From: an uncultured Parachlamydiaceae bacterium
GTDB taxonomy: Bacteria; Chlamydiota; Chlamydiia; Chlamydiales; Parachlamydiaceae
NCBI GenBank assembly: GCA_963742415.1
Contig: CAVULX010000002.1
Span: 160,001-224,000, forward strand
Direction of reading: 5' to 3'
DNA: 64,000 nt
The position numbers and the translations under genes were made by a program. Positions 28,791-39,400 of this stretch are shown here, piece after piece (position 1 is the first letter of the stretch; every line of letters starts with the position of its first letter). Under the pieces are notes generated by a model, which was not told the origin of the DNA, did not search any database, and saw only the letters and a program-made list of their open reading frames with translations.

Positions 28791-29756
28791 TTAACGCCGA
28801 ACTTCAACAACGTGTCGCATATCTTTAAAGTTCCCATGCAAATATTGCCGCAAGTTGTAGAGAAACAGCCGAAAAGCTAACCTTTCCGTTGACTTGGGGC
28901 GGGGGGAAATTTCCGGGGTAATAAGGAGATTCGGAATACCCCACAGGGAGGAAGATGTTGGGATTGGCGTTTGATGATAAGCATCAAACAAAATCCCCCG
29001 AAATTTGCCCGAAGCCGCAACCGATGCTAAAGCTTCCTCATTGATGTTGTGGATGGAACTGAGGAGAACGAGAATAGAATCTGGCTTCATCCTCTCAAAT
29101 TCCTCCTGATCAAACCAACGGTGGTGATCTTTTCCCCTTGTCAGACTAAGAGAGACGACGTCTGCCTCAGGCAAAATCCGATCCAAATCCTCCATAGAAA
29201 ATGTTTGATGGCAAAAGGGGTGAAATGATTGGCGCTGCACCCCCCAAACTTTCATCCCCATCTCCCGAGCCCGTCTGCAAATTTCCGTTCCCCCTTTCCC
29301 TAATCCAATTTGCAGTAAAACTTTATCTTTCAAGGTCCACATGGAATCCCGCCATTTACTATCCCAAACAGCCCCTGGAAATCGGTTTACATCTCTCCAT
29401 TCAAATAAGTTTTTTGCAAAAGCTAAAATCCCTCCCATCACAAACTCGCCGATTTGAAAAATGTTTTCATCGAGGGTATGACTCACAATGACATTCCCCT
29501 GCTTTTCAATTTCATCCATGCACAAACGGCTTAGATGTGGAATGGGGCAGTGGATCCAACGGAGTTGCGGAGCTATCGCCAGCTCCTCTTTGGTCAAACG
29601 AGCCCCATAAATAATTTCCAGACGGGACCAGTGCTCCCGGCTTAGAGTTTTATAGTTGGCTTCACTTAAAGATAAAAAGAGGAACTGGGGAAATTCTTTC
29701 AAAAGAACATCCACTTCTTGCAGGGAAATCGGGGCTTGTAATAGAGCGATATTCAT
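28791..29756 (-). CDS. D-2-hydroxyacid dehydrogenase-like NAD(P)-binding protein with degenerate active site
   Basis: GLGKGG, ADVVSL, MKPDSIL and LWGIPNLLITPEI. Confidence 0.8.
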   Translation of the reverse strand: MNIALLQAPISLQEVDVLLKEFPQFLFLSLSEANYKTLSREHWSRLEIIYGARLTKEELAIAPQLRWIHCPIPHLSRLCMDEIEKQGNVIVSHTLDENIFQIGEFVMGGILAFAKNLFEWRDVNRFPGAVWDSKWRDSMWTLKDKVLLQIGLGKGGTEICRRAREMGMKVWGVQRQSFHPFCHQTFSMEDLDRILPEADVVSLSLTRGKDHHRWFDQEEFERMKPDSILVLLSSIHNINEEALASVAASGKFRGILFDAYHQTPIPTSSSLWGIPNLLITPEISPRPKSTERLAFRLFLYNLRQYLHGNFKDMRHVVEVRR

Positions 29757-29806
29757 CCGTTTTTAACTAAATTAGTCACCAACGCCCCATTTTCCTTTTT
29801 TTATCA

Positions 29807-29835
29807 TTGATTTCAAACGTTAATTTCGATATGCT
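29807..29835 (+). promoter_or_regulatory. sigma66-type promoter for rplU-rpmA-obgE
   Basis: TTGATT-17 bp-TATGCT. Confidence 0.55.
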
Positions 29836-29892
29836 ATCGCTATAACAAATTGACAATGACAGAATTCAGTCTGTTTTAGAGGGAGAATTAAA

Positions 29893-30237
29893 ATGTACGC
29901 TATAATCAAAACAGGTGGAAAGCAATACCGAGTCAAGACAGGTGATATCATTGATGTTGAGCTGTTAGACGGCGAACCAGGGGCTTCCATTCAATTCCAA
30001 GATATTCTTTTTATTCACGACGGTTCAAAAGCTCAAGTGGGCGGTCCTTCGTTGTCCAATTTCATTGTAACAGCGGAGATTCTCGGAGAATCCAAAGGGG
30101 AAAAAATCACCAGCATCAAATACATCCCCGGAAATCATTACAAGAAATTCGGCCATAGACAAAGACATTCCCGCATAAAAATTACCGGCATCGAGTCAAA
30201 AAAAGAGCACGCTAAAGGGGGAAAACATGGCGCATAA
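29893..30237 (+). CDS. rplU: 50S ribosomal protein L21
   Basis: [14 protein letters not shown]...GHRQ. Confidence 0.97.
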   Translation: MYAIIKTGGKQYRVKTGDIIDVELLDGEPGASIQFQDILFIHDGSKAQVGGPSLSNFIVTAEILGESKGEKITSIKYIPGNHYKKFGHRQRHSRIKITGIESKKEHAKGGKHGA

Positions 30238-30478
30238 GAAAGGGCAAGGATCCACAAGAAATGGACGAGATTCACACTCAAAGCGTCTTGGAGTCAAAGT
30301 AGGAGCAGGGGAAGTCGTTAAAGCCGGAAGCATTTTGATCCGGCAGAGAGGAACGAAATGGCACCCCGGAAAAAATGTTTCCCGCGGTAGAGATGATACC
30401 TTATTTGCTCTTGCTGACGGGATCGTTTCTTTCCGAAAATCTGATAAAACATACGTTTCCATCCTCACGAGCGTTTAG
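30227..30478 (+). CDS. rpmA: 50S ribosomal protein L27
   Basis: [24 protein letters not shown]. Confidence 0.98.
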   Translation: MAHKKGQGSTRNGRDSHSKRLGVKVGAGEVVKAGSILIRQRGTKWHPGKNVSRGRDDTLFALADGIVSFRKSDKTYVSILTSV

Positions 30479-30492
30479 ACCTACCATAAACA

Positions 30493-31521
30493 ATGTTTAT
30501 AGACAAAGTAAAATTAACCCTTGCCGCAGGCAAGGGTGGCAATGGCGTTGTTGCTTGGCGCAGAGAAAAGTATATCCCTAAAGGGGGGCCTTGCGGAGGA
30601 AATGGGGGCAAAGGGGGATCGATAGTCCTTCAAGCTGATGTGCAAGCTTTCTCTCTGGAGTGGTTTCGAAATCGGCGCACCCTCAAAGCCGAAAATGGAG
30701 CCAGCGGAGGATCCAATAACCGCCAGGGGCGCAATGGAAAGGATTTAATCCTTAAAGTCCCCTGCGGAACCCTTGTAAAAGATGTCCAAACTGGTGAAAT
30801 CTTGCATGATTTTACACAGGACAAAGAGCAATGGATAGCCTGTAAAGGGGGAAGGGGCGGCAGAGGAAACGACAGCTTCAAAAGCCCCACCAACCGTGCT
30901 CCCAATACTTGTACAGAAGGTACTGAAGGGGGGTCGTGCCAAGTTGAATTGGAGTTAAAACTCATTGCCGATGTTGGGCTTGTAGGATTCCCCAATGCGG
31001 GAAAATCAACCCTGATCTCATCCTTAGCTGATGTTAAAGTAAAAATCGCTCCTTATCCTTTTACGACCCTGCACCCTAATATCGGATTTATCGAATGCGA
31101 CGACTACACCCGCATCTACATTGCAGATATTCCAGGGATTATAGAAGGAGCTCACCATAACCGGGGATTGGGCTTTGAATTTTTACGTCATATTGAACGA
31201 ACCACGCTGCTGATCTTTATATTGGATGCGTCTTGTATCGATGGGAGGCATCCTATAGAGGATTACGAAGTGCTCCGGCGGGAGCTGCAGCTTTATAACC
31301 CCGAAATGCTTGAACGAGATTACATGATTGTTCTTAACAAAATTGATACGGAAGAAGCCGCCCAACCTGTTAAAGAATTCCGTAAGAAATTTGCAAAAGA
31401 AAAACAGCATATTTTCGAAGTTTCTGCTGCTCGAGGGGATCATCTAAATGAGCTTCTTGACGCCATCAAGATGCAAGTCAAAAAAACACACGAGAGGTCA
31501 TTCAAACCACTGAGCCAGTGA
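30493..31521 (+). CDS. obgE: GTPase ObgE/CgtA
   Basis: Gly-rich Obg fold, GFPNAGKST, YPFTT, DIPG and NKID. Confidence 0.97.
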   Translation: MFIDKVKLTLAAGKGGNGVVAWRREKYIPKGGPCGGNGGKGGSIVLQADVQAFSLEWFRNRRTLKAENGASGGSNNRQGRNGKDLILKVPCGTLVKDVQTGEILHDFTQDKEQWIACKGGRGGRGNDSFKSPTNRAPNTCTEGTEGGSCQVELELKLIADVGLVGFPNAGKSTLISSLADVKVKIAPYPFTTLHPNIGFIECDDYTRIYIADIPGIIEGAHHNRGLGFEFLRHIERTTLLIFILDASCIDGRHPIEDYEVLRRELQLYNPEMLERDYMIVLNKIDTEEAAQPVKEFRKKFAKEKQHIFEVSAARGDHLNELLDAIKMQVKKTHERSFKPLSQ

Positions 31522-31530
31522 GATCATGGT

Positions 31531-31735
31531 CTCCTAAGTAACTAAGCACAGAGAAGAAACAGGATAAGCAAGATCGTAAACGGCAGGATAAGCAAGATAT
31601 TGAATAAAGTGTAAGAATATGTGGATATGATTAAGTTAAGACTGTTCAAAAAAAATCGTTTTTTCTTTTATCCTGCTCATCCTGCCGTTTAAGATCTTGC
31701 TTATCCTGTTTCTTCTCTGTGCCTCCTAAGCAACT
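31531..31735 (+). repeat. palindromic element family A, full copy, nested in a 21 bp outer inverted repeat (31494-31514 / 31737-31757)
   Basis: Same arms and core as the 18.7 and 49.0 kb copies; bounded by the direct motif ctcctaag(t/c)aact. Confidence 0.92.
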
Positions 31736-31791
31736 TCTCAGTGGTTTGAATGTCCTCGCTTTTGCAATCGTTCGACTTCTGCCGTTTACGA

Positions 31792-32637
31792 TCATGGGCT
31801 GTATTCAGCAAGATAACTGGGCTGAATCCGCTTGCCATTCAAAGCATTCCAAAAACTTGTTAAAACAGAGCCATCAGGATTTAAAACTTCAATGCTATAA
31901 ATGGGCAAAAAAACTTCAGTTGTATTTTTGATCGAAAACTCGGGACCAAATGCGGCTGCGGTCACGCTTTCAATCTGAGACTGATTAAATTTAGCTTTTA
32001 CCCGCTGCGCATGATTGTAAGGCTTGGTAACTAATCTCTGACTAAATTTGGTTTGAGGTACAACTAAAATTTTGGGGCTTTGCATATGGAGTTGAATGAG
32101 ATCCCCTTTGACGGCAACTAAATATTTTTGTCTGGCGCTTTCAATCCATGGAGCAATAATCTCATTTTCCAAATGAAGTTCCTTTTGAAGCTGATCTTTC
32201 GTCATCGTGCCGTTGTTTTTAGACAATGCGTTGAGGATCTTGAAATCGGTTCGAACAGCTCCTCCCCGAATAGCATCTTCAAACCCGTGGGTGGTCTCCC
32301 AAGTGTCTGTATTAATGACCATTTCACCATCTACCAAGCTCCACAAAATCACCCCTTCACGCGTTTTTTTTTCGGGCGTCAAATATTTTACCTCTAAAAG
32401 AAGATAGGGATGGAATTTGAACTCAGGATCATTAAATGAGCGCTTGTCATCAACAAGAAGCTCTTGACGATGCTTTTCCATGATTTGCTGCGGGGTATAT
32501 TTAGCTTCGAGAGTAAGAAATTCCCCATTGTCAACATATTCTGCAATGAAATTGCGGAATTGCGTATTATAATTCCAAACATACCAACCGCCTAAGATGA
32601 GAACGGCTGCAACTAAAAACGTCGTGATGACACGCAT
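31792..32637 (-). CDS. hypothetical protein with N-terminal TM anchor (probably conserved in chlamydiae)
   Basis: Long ORF with typical coding composition; TM at MRVITTFLVAAVLILGGWYVW. Confidence 0.75.
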   Translation of the reverse strand: MRVITTFLVAAVLILGGWYVWNYNTQFRNFIAEYVDNGEFLTLEAKYTPQQIMEKHRQELLVDDKRSFNDPEFKFHPYLLLEVKYLTPEKKTREGVILWSLVDGEMVINTDTWETTHGFEDAIRGGAVRTDFKILNALSKNNGTMTKDQLQKELHLENEIIAPWIESARQKYLVAVKGDLIQLHMQSPKILVVPQTKFSQRLVTKPYNHAQRVKAKFNQSQIESVTAAAFGPEFSIKNTTEVFLPIYSIEVLNPDGSVLTSFWNALNGKRIQPSYLAEYSP

Positions 32638-32830
32638 ATATGCCTCTGAATCTGTTTTGAAAAAAAACTCACTTTTAATGGGTATAATCACGATACCGAT
32701 TGCTGTCAAGGATAGAAATCGTTCGTAATTCCATTGATTTAAAAGCTAAGATCTTATATACAAAATGGATTTAAAAATTGAATTTACTTGTATTGAGTAT
32801 TGTTTTCACCCTCACAATTGGAGATCTTAG

Positions 32831-33769
32831 ATGACAAAGCGATGGATTAAATGCTTGGTATGTGTATGCGTGTTGTTGTGCAGTATAGCAGGAACTTTCC
32901 CTCTCTCAGCTTCCCCTTTGGATTTTTTTAAAAAAAAGAAGGAGAAAAAAAAGGACAAAAATGAATTCAAATATAACTTATCCCTTTGCGCCATTTTTCG
33001 AAACGAAGCGCCTTACCTTAAGGAATGGATAGAATTTCATCGACTTGTAGGTGTTGAGCATTTTTATTTATATAATAACTTAAGCACAGATAACTACCAA
33101 GAGGTGCTTGCCTATTATATTAAGAAAGGAATTGTCGATCTTGTCGACGTTCCCCAAGAACATAGCAACATAGGAGAATGGGCGACGATTCAATGTTCGA
33201 CTTACGATAAAGCCATTAAAAAAGCCCGTCATAAAACAAAATGGATGGCAGTGCTTGACACAGACGAGTTTTTGTTTCCTGTACAACATGACAGCCTCGT
33301 TGAGTTTCTCAAAGAATATGAGTCTTATCCAGCCGTTTGCGTCAACTGGCAAATGTATGGAACTTCGCATGTAGACATAATTCCTCAAGGCAGGCTCCTC
33401 ACTGAAACTTTAACCTGGAAAGCACCTACAGAATTTGGGGATAATTATCACGTCAAAACAATATTAAAACCGAAATATGTCAAAGCCACATTAAGCCCCC
33501 ATCATTTTGAATACGAACACAAGGTCCTTCCGGTCAATACAAGCAAGATCACTTTTTCAGGACCTTTAACGCCCCAAGTTCTGGTGGATAAAGCACGCAT
33601 CAACCATTATTGGACTCGGGATGAATTCTTTTTATACAACACGAAAATTAAGAGACGTGAATCCTTCAATGAAAAAGACCAAGGGGTGTTAAACCGCGCG
33701 CGGCAGCTCAATGCAGTTGAAGATCGAGCCATCTTTCGCTTTATCCCAAAACTGAAAAAGCGGATGTAA
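32831..33769 (+). CDS. glycosyltransferase family 92 / GT-A protein with signal peptide
   Basis: CAIFRNEAPYLKEWIEFH, FYLYNN, LDTDEF (DxD) and INHYWTR. Confidence 0.88.
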   Translation: MTKRWIKCLVCVCVLLCSIAGTFPLSASPLDFFKKKKEKKKDKNEFKYNLSLCAIFRNEAPYLKEWIEFHRLVGVEHFYLYNNLSTDNYQEVLAYYIKKGIVDLVDVPQEHSNIGEWATIQCSTYDKAIKKARHKTKWMAVLDTDEFLFPVQHDSLVEFLKEYESYPAVCVNWQMYGTSHVDIIPQGRLLTETLTWKAPTEFGDNYHVKTILKPKYVKATLSPHHFEYEHKVLPVNTSKITFSGPLTPQVLVDKARINHYWTRDEFFLYNTKIKRRESFNEKDQGVLNRARQLNAVEDRAIFRFIPKLKKRM

Positions 33770-33783
33770 AAAGTCCAGCTATA

Positions 33784-34149
33784 CTATGAAGAAGGATGTT
33801 TGCAAATATAGGCACACTTATTTGTCACATTTTGAGGATGCAAAGTTATCTTGATAAATAGTGTGAGTCCAGATCCAAATAATATCATCCCATTGGCGAG
33901 TAACAATCGCTTAGTGTTGCTCCATTTTCTTGAACGGGGCTCCCCATTCAGCACCTTCTCCTCATCCGTCTTCCGAGATAGTTTTTGGATAACATAGTCG
34001 GTGATTAAAAAAACAGTTTCTCCCAATCCTACGGCTATGCTCACTGAACTCAAAACGACTGCAGGAATCTCTATAGGGGAACTTGTTTCTTTAAAAATAT
34101 CATAGCAATTGGCGACACAAGAAGCAAAATTACTTCCAGTCGGATCCAT
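33784..34149 (-). CDS. small two-TM hypothetical protein (Inc-like)
   Basis: AGGAGA SD; two hydrophobic segments; Cys pairs at both ends. Confidence 0.6.
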   Translation of the reverse strand: MDPTGSNFASCVANCYDIFKETSSPIEIPAVVLSSVSIAVGLGETVFLITDYVIQKLSRKTDEEKVLNGEPRSRKWSNTKRLLLANGMILFGSGLTLFIKITLHPQNVTNKCAYICKHPSS

Positions 34150-34273
34150 ATATTTCTCCTTGAAAGTTAAATAGATTTCTCGCGTAATTACAATTTTTCT
34201 ATATACTATTTTTTTAAAAAAAACGAAATGGTGTGGAACAATATTCAGAGTTACAATAAGTGAGGTCTAATGA

Positions 34274-34517
34274 TTAACGCAGAGGCGGAGAGTCGGAGAG
34301 GCGCAGAGATCAAGAACAGGATAAGCAGGATCGCAAGCGGCAGGATAGGCAGGATATTAAAAACTTTTTTTTTATATTCTTTAACATACGTGCAGATTAA
34401 GTCTCGTCTAGTTCATAATAAAAAATATTTTTAATATCCTGCCTATCCTGCCGCTTGCGATCCTGCTTATCCTGTTCTTGATCTCTGCGTCTCCCCGGCT
34501 CCCCGCCGCTGCGTTAA
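34274..34517. repeat. palindromic element family A variant with ~90 bp arms and an unrelated AT-rich core
   Basis: ttaacgcagaggcggagagtcggagaggcgcagagatcaagaacaggataagcaggatcgcaagcggcaggataggcaggatattaaaaa and its near-perfect reverse complement. Confidence 0.92.
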
Positions 34518-34535
34518 ATTCGTTTAAAGATAGAC

Positions 34536-36401
34536 TTACGATTCAGCCAGGGGATCACTCTCAGGCTTTACGAGGGCTAATCGCTGGAAGATACCTGACA
34601 AGCGAAGAGAGCACTTTTTCAAGGTTTTTTCTAGGATCTCTTTGTGGCTCCAGATCTCCAATTTTTTTTTCGCGCGGGTGACAGCGGTATAGAGAACCTC
34701 TCGGCCAAAATAATCAGCACCTTCAGGCAACAAAAACAAGACATGATCGAATTCGCTCCCCTGGCTCTTATGCACAGAAAGGCAATAAGCGTAGTCAAAA
34801 GGGGGCAAAAGAACGGCAGGAATCTTTCGAAATCCTCCGTTTCCATCGGAAAAAAGGGCATAGTCCCCTTGTTGAAAAGGGATAGACAATGCTTGCTTGT
34901 CCCTCTTTTGCGTCATCAATATGCCTGTCTCTCCATTGAAAAGTTCGAACTGCGAGTCATTTTTCTTAATGGTAATCGGGGCTGCAAAATAGGAGCCGGA
35001 TCGATTTTTTTTCTCAAAGTAGTTTTTAAAAAGGTCATTTAAAAAATCGACACCAAAAGGCCCCTGTCTTAATGGAGTCAATATGCGGAATTGATAAAAA
35101 GCTTCGAACATAGTCTCGGGAGCTTCCGCATCGAACGGCTTATCCATGAACTCCTTGGCATGCCGAAGCAAGGCTCGATGGAACTCCTTTGTCGATGTGA
35201 AGCCCTCCCGAATATCTTGAAAAGAAATAGATGCCTTGAAAAAAGGATAGATCTCACTCGCCTTTCCCCGTTGGATTGTGCTTGCAAATTCAGCGATCTC
35301 TTTTAATTCAGCCCTTAAACATTGCTTGAGCTCAATAGGATGGTAAGCTGGATCCTTCCCCCCTTTTAAAACCTGGACGATATCCTTAAAAACGGCTCCA
35401 CTCTCTACTGGAGGAAGCTGCGCAGGATCCCCTAATAAAATTAAGCGGGCTCCCGGTTTAATGGCTTTTAGAAGGGCCGTCATAAGCTCCAGATCAATCA
35501 TGGAACATTCATCCACTATGATCAAATCTTCGGTCAAAATGGGCGGGGCGAAATGCCGCCTAGATGAGCGGATCCCAAGTAAAGCGTGCAATGTTTTGGC
35601 TTTGACTTGCTTTAATCTGGGGATATCCCCAATCGTTTTCACGAGGCTTTGTTGCAAATTGGCTGCTGCTTTTCCTGTAGGAGCAGCCAAAGCGATTTCA
35701 AATTTGTCTTTTTGATCGTTTGACAAACAGCTCCACAAGATTTTGACTAACTTTCCCGCCGTATAAGTCTTCCCTGTTCCTGGACCTCCGCAAATGATCG
35801 TCAAAGGGTATTTACAAGCGCTCAACACCGCTTGAGCCTGTTCCTTTAACAGCTCTCCCCTGTCTGCAAGCTCCTTAAGGCGTTCTTCAACAAAATGGGG
35901 ATCAAGATCTAACACCGCCTTCTGCTGAATCACTTCATGAAATCGCTCGATCAGTTCCGTCTCTTTAAGCCAGAACCGTTGGAAATAATACCGGTGATTT
36001 TGACGGCAAAGGGGCTTGGCTGAAATAGGGACCTGATCGGCAACATCTTGGAATAACGCAGAAGGCAGCTGATGAACCCCTTGACAAACTGCTTGAGACC
36101 ATTGTTGAGCTTGTTTTTTCCAAATTTCCTCTTGCTCTTGAGTTTTGTTTTCTTGAGTGCACCACACTTCTTCAGGAGTCGGCTGAACACTATCTCCGTT
36201 TACCTCAATACACAAATGTCCCGTTCGGATAGCCGAGGAGAGATGGCAGAAAAAGCAAACCAACTCTTCTGTGGGTTGTGCAACCTCTTCCAGCAGCTTA
36301 GCAGCGATCGCCAAATCGATCGGCTCGATTGTTTTTGAAGTCACAAGTTCGTGCATAAGCGGCCATTTTTCGATGAGTGCATAGAAATGTGTCAATTGCA
36401 T
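34536..36401 (-). CDS. recD: exodeoxyribonuclease V alpha subunit
   Basis: GGPGTGKT, AAPTGKAA, VDECSMID, GDPAQL, SVHKSQGSEF and LYTAVTRA. Confidence 0.95.
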   Translation of the reverse strand: MQLTHFYALIEKWPLMHELVTSKTIEPIDLAIAAKLLEEVAQPTEELVCFFCHLSSAIRTGHLCIEVNGDSVQPTPEEVWCTQENKTQEQEEIWKKQAQQWSQAVCQGVHQLPSALFQDVADQVPISAKPLCRQNHRYYFQRFWLKETELIERFHEVIQQKAVLDLDPHFVEERLKELADRGELLKEQAQAVLSACKYPLTIICGGPGTGKTYTAGKLVKILWSCLSNDQKDKFEIALAAPTGKAAANLQQSLVKTIGDIPRLKQVKAKTLHALLGIRSSRRHFAPPILTEDLIIVDECSMIDLELMTALLKAIKPGARLILLGDPAQLPPVESGAVFKDIVQVLKGGKDPAYHPIELKQCLRAELKEIAEFASTIQRGKASEIYPFFKASISFQDIREGFTSTKEFHRALLRHAKEFMDKPFDAEAPETMFEAFYQFRILTPLRQGPFGVDFLNDLFKNYFEKKNRSGSYFAAPITIKKNDSQFELFNGETGILMTQKRDKQALSIPFQQGDYALFSDGNGGFRKIPAVLLPPFDYAYCLSVHKSQGSEFDHVLFLLPEGADYFGREVLYTAVTRAKKKLEIWSHKEILEKTLKKCSLRLSGIFQRLALVKPESDPLAES

Positions 36402-39400
36402 AAGATCTCCTCATGGCTCGGAAAAAAATGGTAAATCCCTTCATTGTCATCTGAATGGGGATCCAACCCCCTCAAAAACAGATAAAAGACCCCTCCAAAT
36501 ATCTCGTTAAAAGCCCTGGGATCCACAGCATGCAAATAACGCTTTAGAGCTTCTGTGTAGATCGCGGCTTGCAAATGATAATTATGCTCCCCCATCGCTA
36601 ACTTAAGGGCTTTTAAATTATAGTCCTGTTTGTCAGGGCCTAACCAATTGCTTTTCCAATCCAATAGGTAATATTTCCCTTCATGCTGACAAATCAGATC
36701 GATAACCCCTTTTAAAAAACCGGAAACAGGCTTCATTTCGGGAACGGCCATACCGTTGCCTTCCCAAGGATACAAAAACTCACTCTCTTTATACATCTTA
36801 CTCCCATCTAAGCAGGCTAAAGAGGTTTTTTTACCTTGAAAAGGCAAGGGGGTATGCAAAGCATTGAATATGACCTTGGAGATCACTTCTTGCCACTCTT
36901 CAAAAGGAGTATTGGCGACATAAGGATAAATGAACGACTTTAAATTAGACATAAACTCGGGATGGGATCCTTGATGAAAAGGAAGATCCTCTAAAATTTT
37001 GTGCAATAGAGTTCCAATTTCATTGCCTGCAGGCAGCGAATGAGGGGATTTGAGCTGCGTGGAAAAATCCTGGGGAGGTGACTTGTCTGTTTCAAAATTC
37101 TCCCTCTTGTCCGTTTGAGAGAGCGAGGTGAAAGAATACAGAAATTGCTTGTTCTCCTGGATATGCACTTGCCTTGGGGGTATTAATGCCAGTGCTTCTG
37201 GCTTTTTAAGCACTGAAAGTTCTAAATTCTCCCGATCTAAATAACAGTGCGAAATTTTACATTCCTTTCCATGAAGGGCTACCCATTCAATCAACCGTTG
37301 TCCATCTTCTTTGGAAATCCGTTGATAAAGTTCGGAGCTATCTGAAGCAGGTGGATACCCAAAACGGGCGCAAAACAGCTCCATGGAAGATCCATCCCCT
37401 GGCTTCGTTTGTTTATTAGCTCCGAAAAGCGCAGGTACATAGAGACGCTGCTTGGCTCGGGTCGTGGCGACATACAATTGACGCATTTTTTCGGCATCAA
37501 GTTCTTCACAATGTTTAAGGTAAAGGGGATCGTTCTCGTCGGCAACCTGGAGCTTATGACAGCCTGAAGCATCAACATGAGGATAGAAAGATTCATTTTG
37601 CTCCTTTCCTACGACAAGCCCAAGGGCAAAAACGATCTCGTACTCTAACCCCTTGCTGTTATGGATTGTCAAAATCTGCACCGCATCTTGATCGGGGTCG
37701 ATCCTCCGTTTTACCCCTTTTTCCGCTTCGGGGCTACCGTTGATTTCCTCCAGGGTTATAAATAACGAATCAAAAGAAGGGGATTTCCTGATCCCCTCTT
37801 CTGCAAGCCGTTCTGTCAATAAAAGAAGGTCTTGGTATAGCTCATATCCCCCTTCCCTTCGCAGCATTTTTTCCGAAACAGTTTCATCCTGTTTTTTTAA
37901 ATCAAGCCGCATAAGTTGTTGAAAAAGCCCCCCCATCCCATCTTGCATCAAGATTTCACGCAATTCGTAAAAGGCGATCATCACACGTTCAAGTTCGTTC
38001 AGATCTTCCAAAGCCTTGATCTCCTCGTGCGTCCATCCCAAAACAGGTCCCCCCAAAGCTATTTTCAGACTGTTAACATGGCGAGGGGCTTTAATGGCTT
38101 GAAGCAATTCCCGCAATGCTGAAATAGCTGGAGCCTCTTCTAACGTAGTGTTCCGTTGATTAGATGCGGGAATTTGCCATTTTTTCAAAAAGAGGTTCAG
38201 CCTTTCGGCTTGAAAACGGTCCTTGACAAGGATGGCAAATTGTTTGAATGCTACCCCCTCTTGATGATTCAACCGCTGAATTTCTTTGACGATAAAAGGG
38301 AACAAAAAATTACTTTCGGCATCTTTTAGAGATTTTTTTTCTTGGGAAGCAAGATCTAACGTGAAAAAATGGACACAACCCCGCTCATCGTGGAAATCTT
38401 TAGCTGTCACTTTTTCCCCTCCCCGCACAGGATGATACTCCAGCGTCAATGAAAGGCGCGGGAGGTGGATCATGTCAGGAGTCTGCCTAGAGTCGAAAAG
38501 AGCATTGAGCGCGTGAACAAGATGGGGATGGGAACGGTAATTGGTATTTAAGGAAGCCTTGCAGTTTTCCCCTAAAGCATTGGCAGCGGATAAATAGGTA
38601 TAAATATCAGCCCGACGGAAAGCATAAATAGACTGCTTTGGATCACCTACAAGGAACAGTCGATGGCTCGGGCTCTCCCCCTCAAGAAATAAGGCTTGAA
38701 AGATCTCCCACTGCATCGGGTCGGTATCTTGAAACTCATCGATAATGGCGGCTTGATAGCGGGATCTTATTTGATGCACAAAAGGGGGGTGTTTTGTCCC
38801 TTTATGCATCACTTTCAAGATCTGATCATAGTCGAACAATTCCTCAGCTTCAAGATAATGGCAAACATGCTTTTGACAAGCAAAAGCCAACCTTGCAAAA
38901 ATCATTTTAGGATTGCTCGCTTGCAAAACTGCAGGAGCTAGATGCGCCTGTACCCTTGAGAATAATTGGGGGGCATGCAAAGGGGGTGTAATTTTCCCTT
39001 TCTTGATTTTATCTAAAGGGGGCCACTTTTGTTGGAACAGCTCAAAATCCCCTTTTAAGAGGGATTCAAAATCATTTTCATCCCACGATCCACAATCAAA
39101 AAGGGAGGTAAAACGTTGAATGGCCATCCTATCGCTTAAGGCACTTTTTTTCCCCCGCCCATCGGTGACATCCATGAGGGCGTCGTAATCCTCCAAAATC
39201 CTGTCGGATGAACATCCTATCTCCTTCTTTAACTTCTGCATCCCTTTTTGAAAGGCGGCAAACTGTTCTTTATAGGAAGGAGTTTCCTGAATCTCACTCC
39301 CTTTTGCAACAGTTTTGGCTAGATCTTGGATCAAATCGTCAAAATTTTGACGATATTCTTTTAATAAAATTTTAAGTTGTTGTTTGCTGCAGATCTCAAA

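Noticed and set aside
31531-31735. 13 bp flanking direct repeat as a classical target-site duplication
   Set aside because: The same motif flanks copies at unrelated loci, so it belongs to the element or is a specific target.
31719-31931. Short ORFs starting inside repeats (also 34478-34681, 45364-45639, 60852-61190, 60899-61141)
   Set aside because: They arise from repeat sequence or antisense overlap with real genes.
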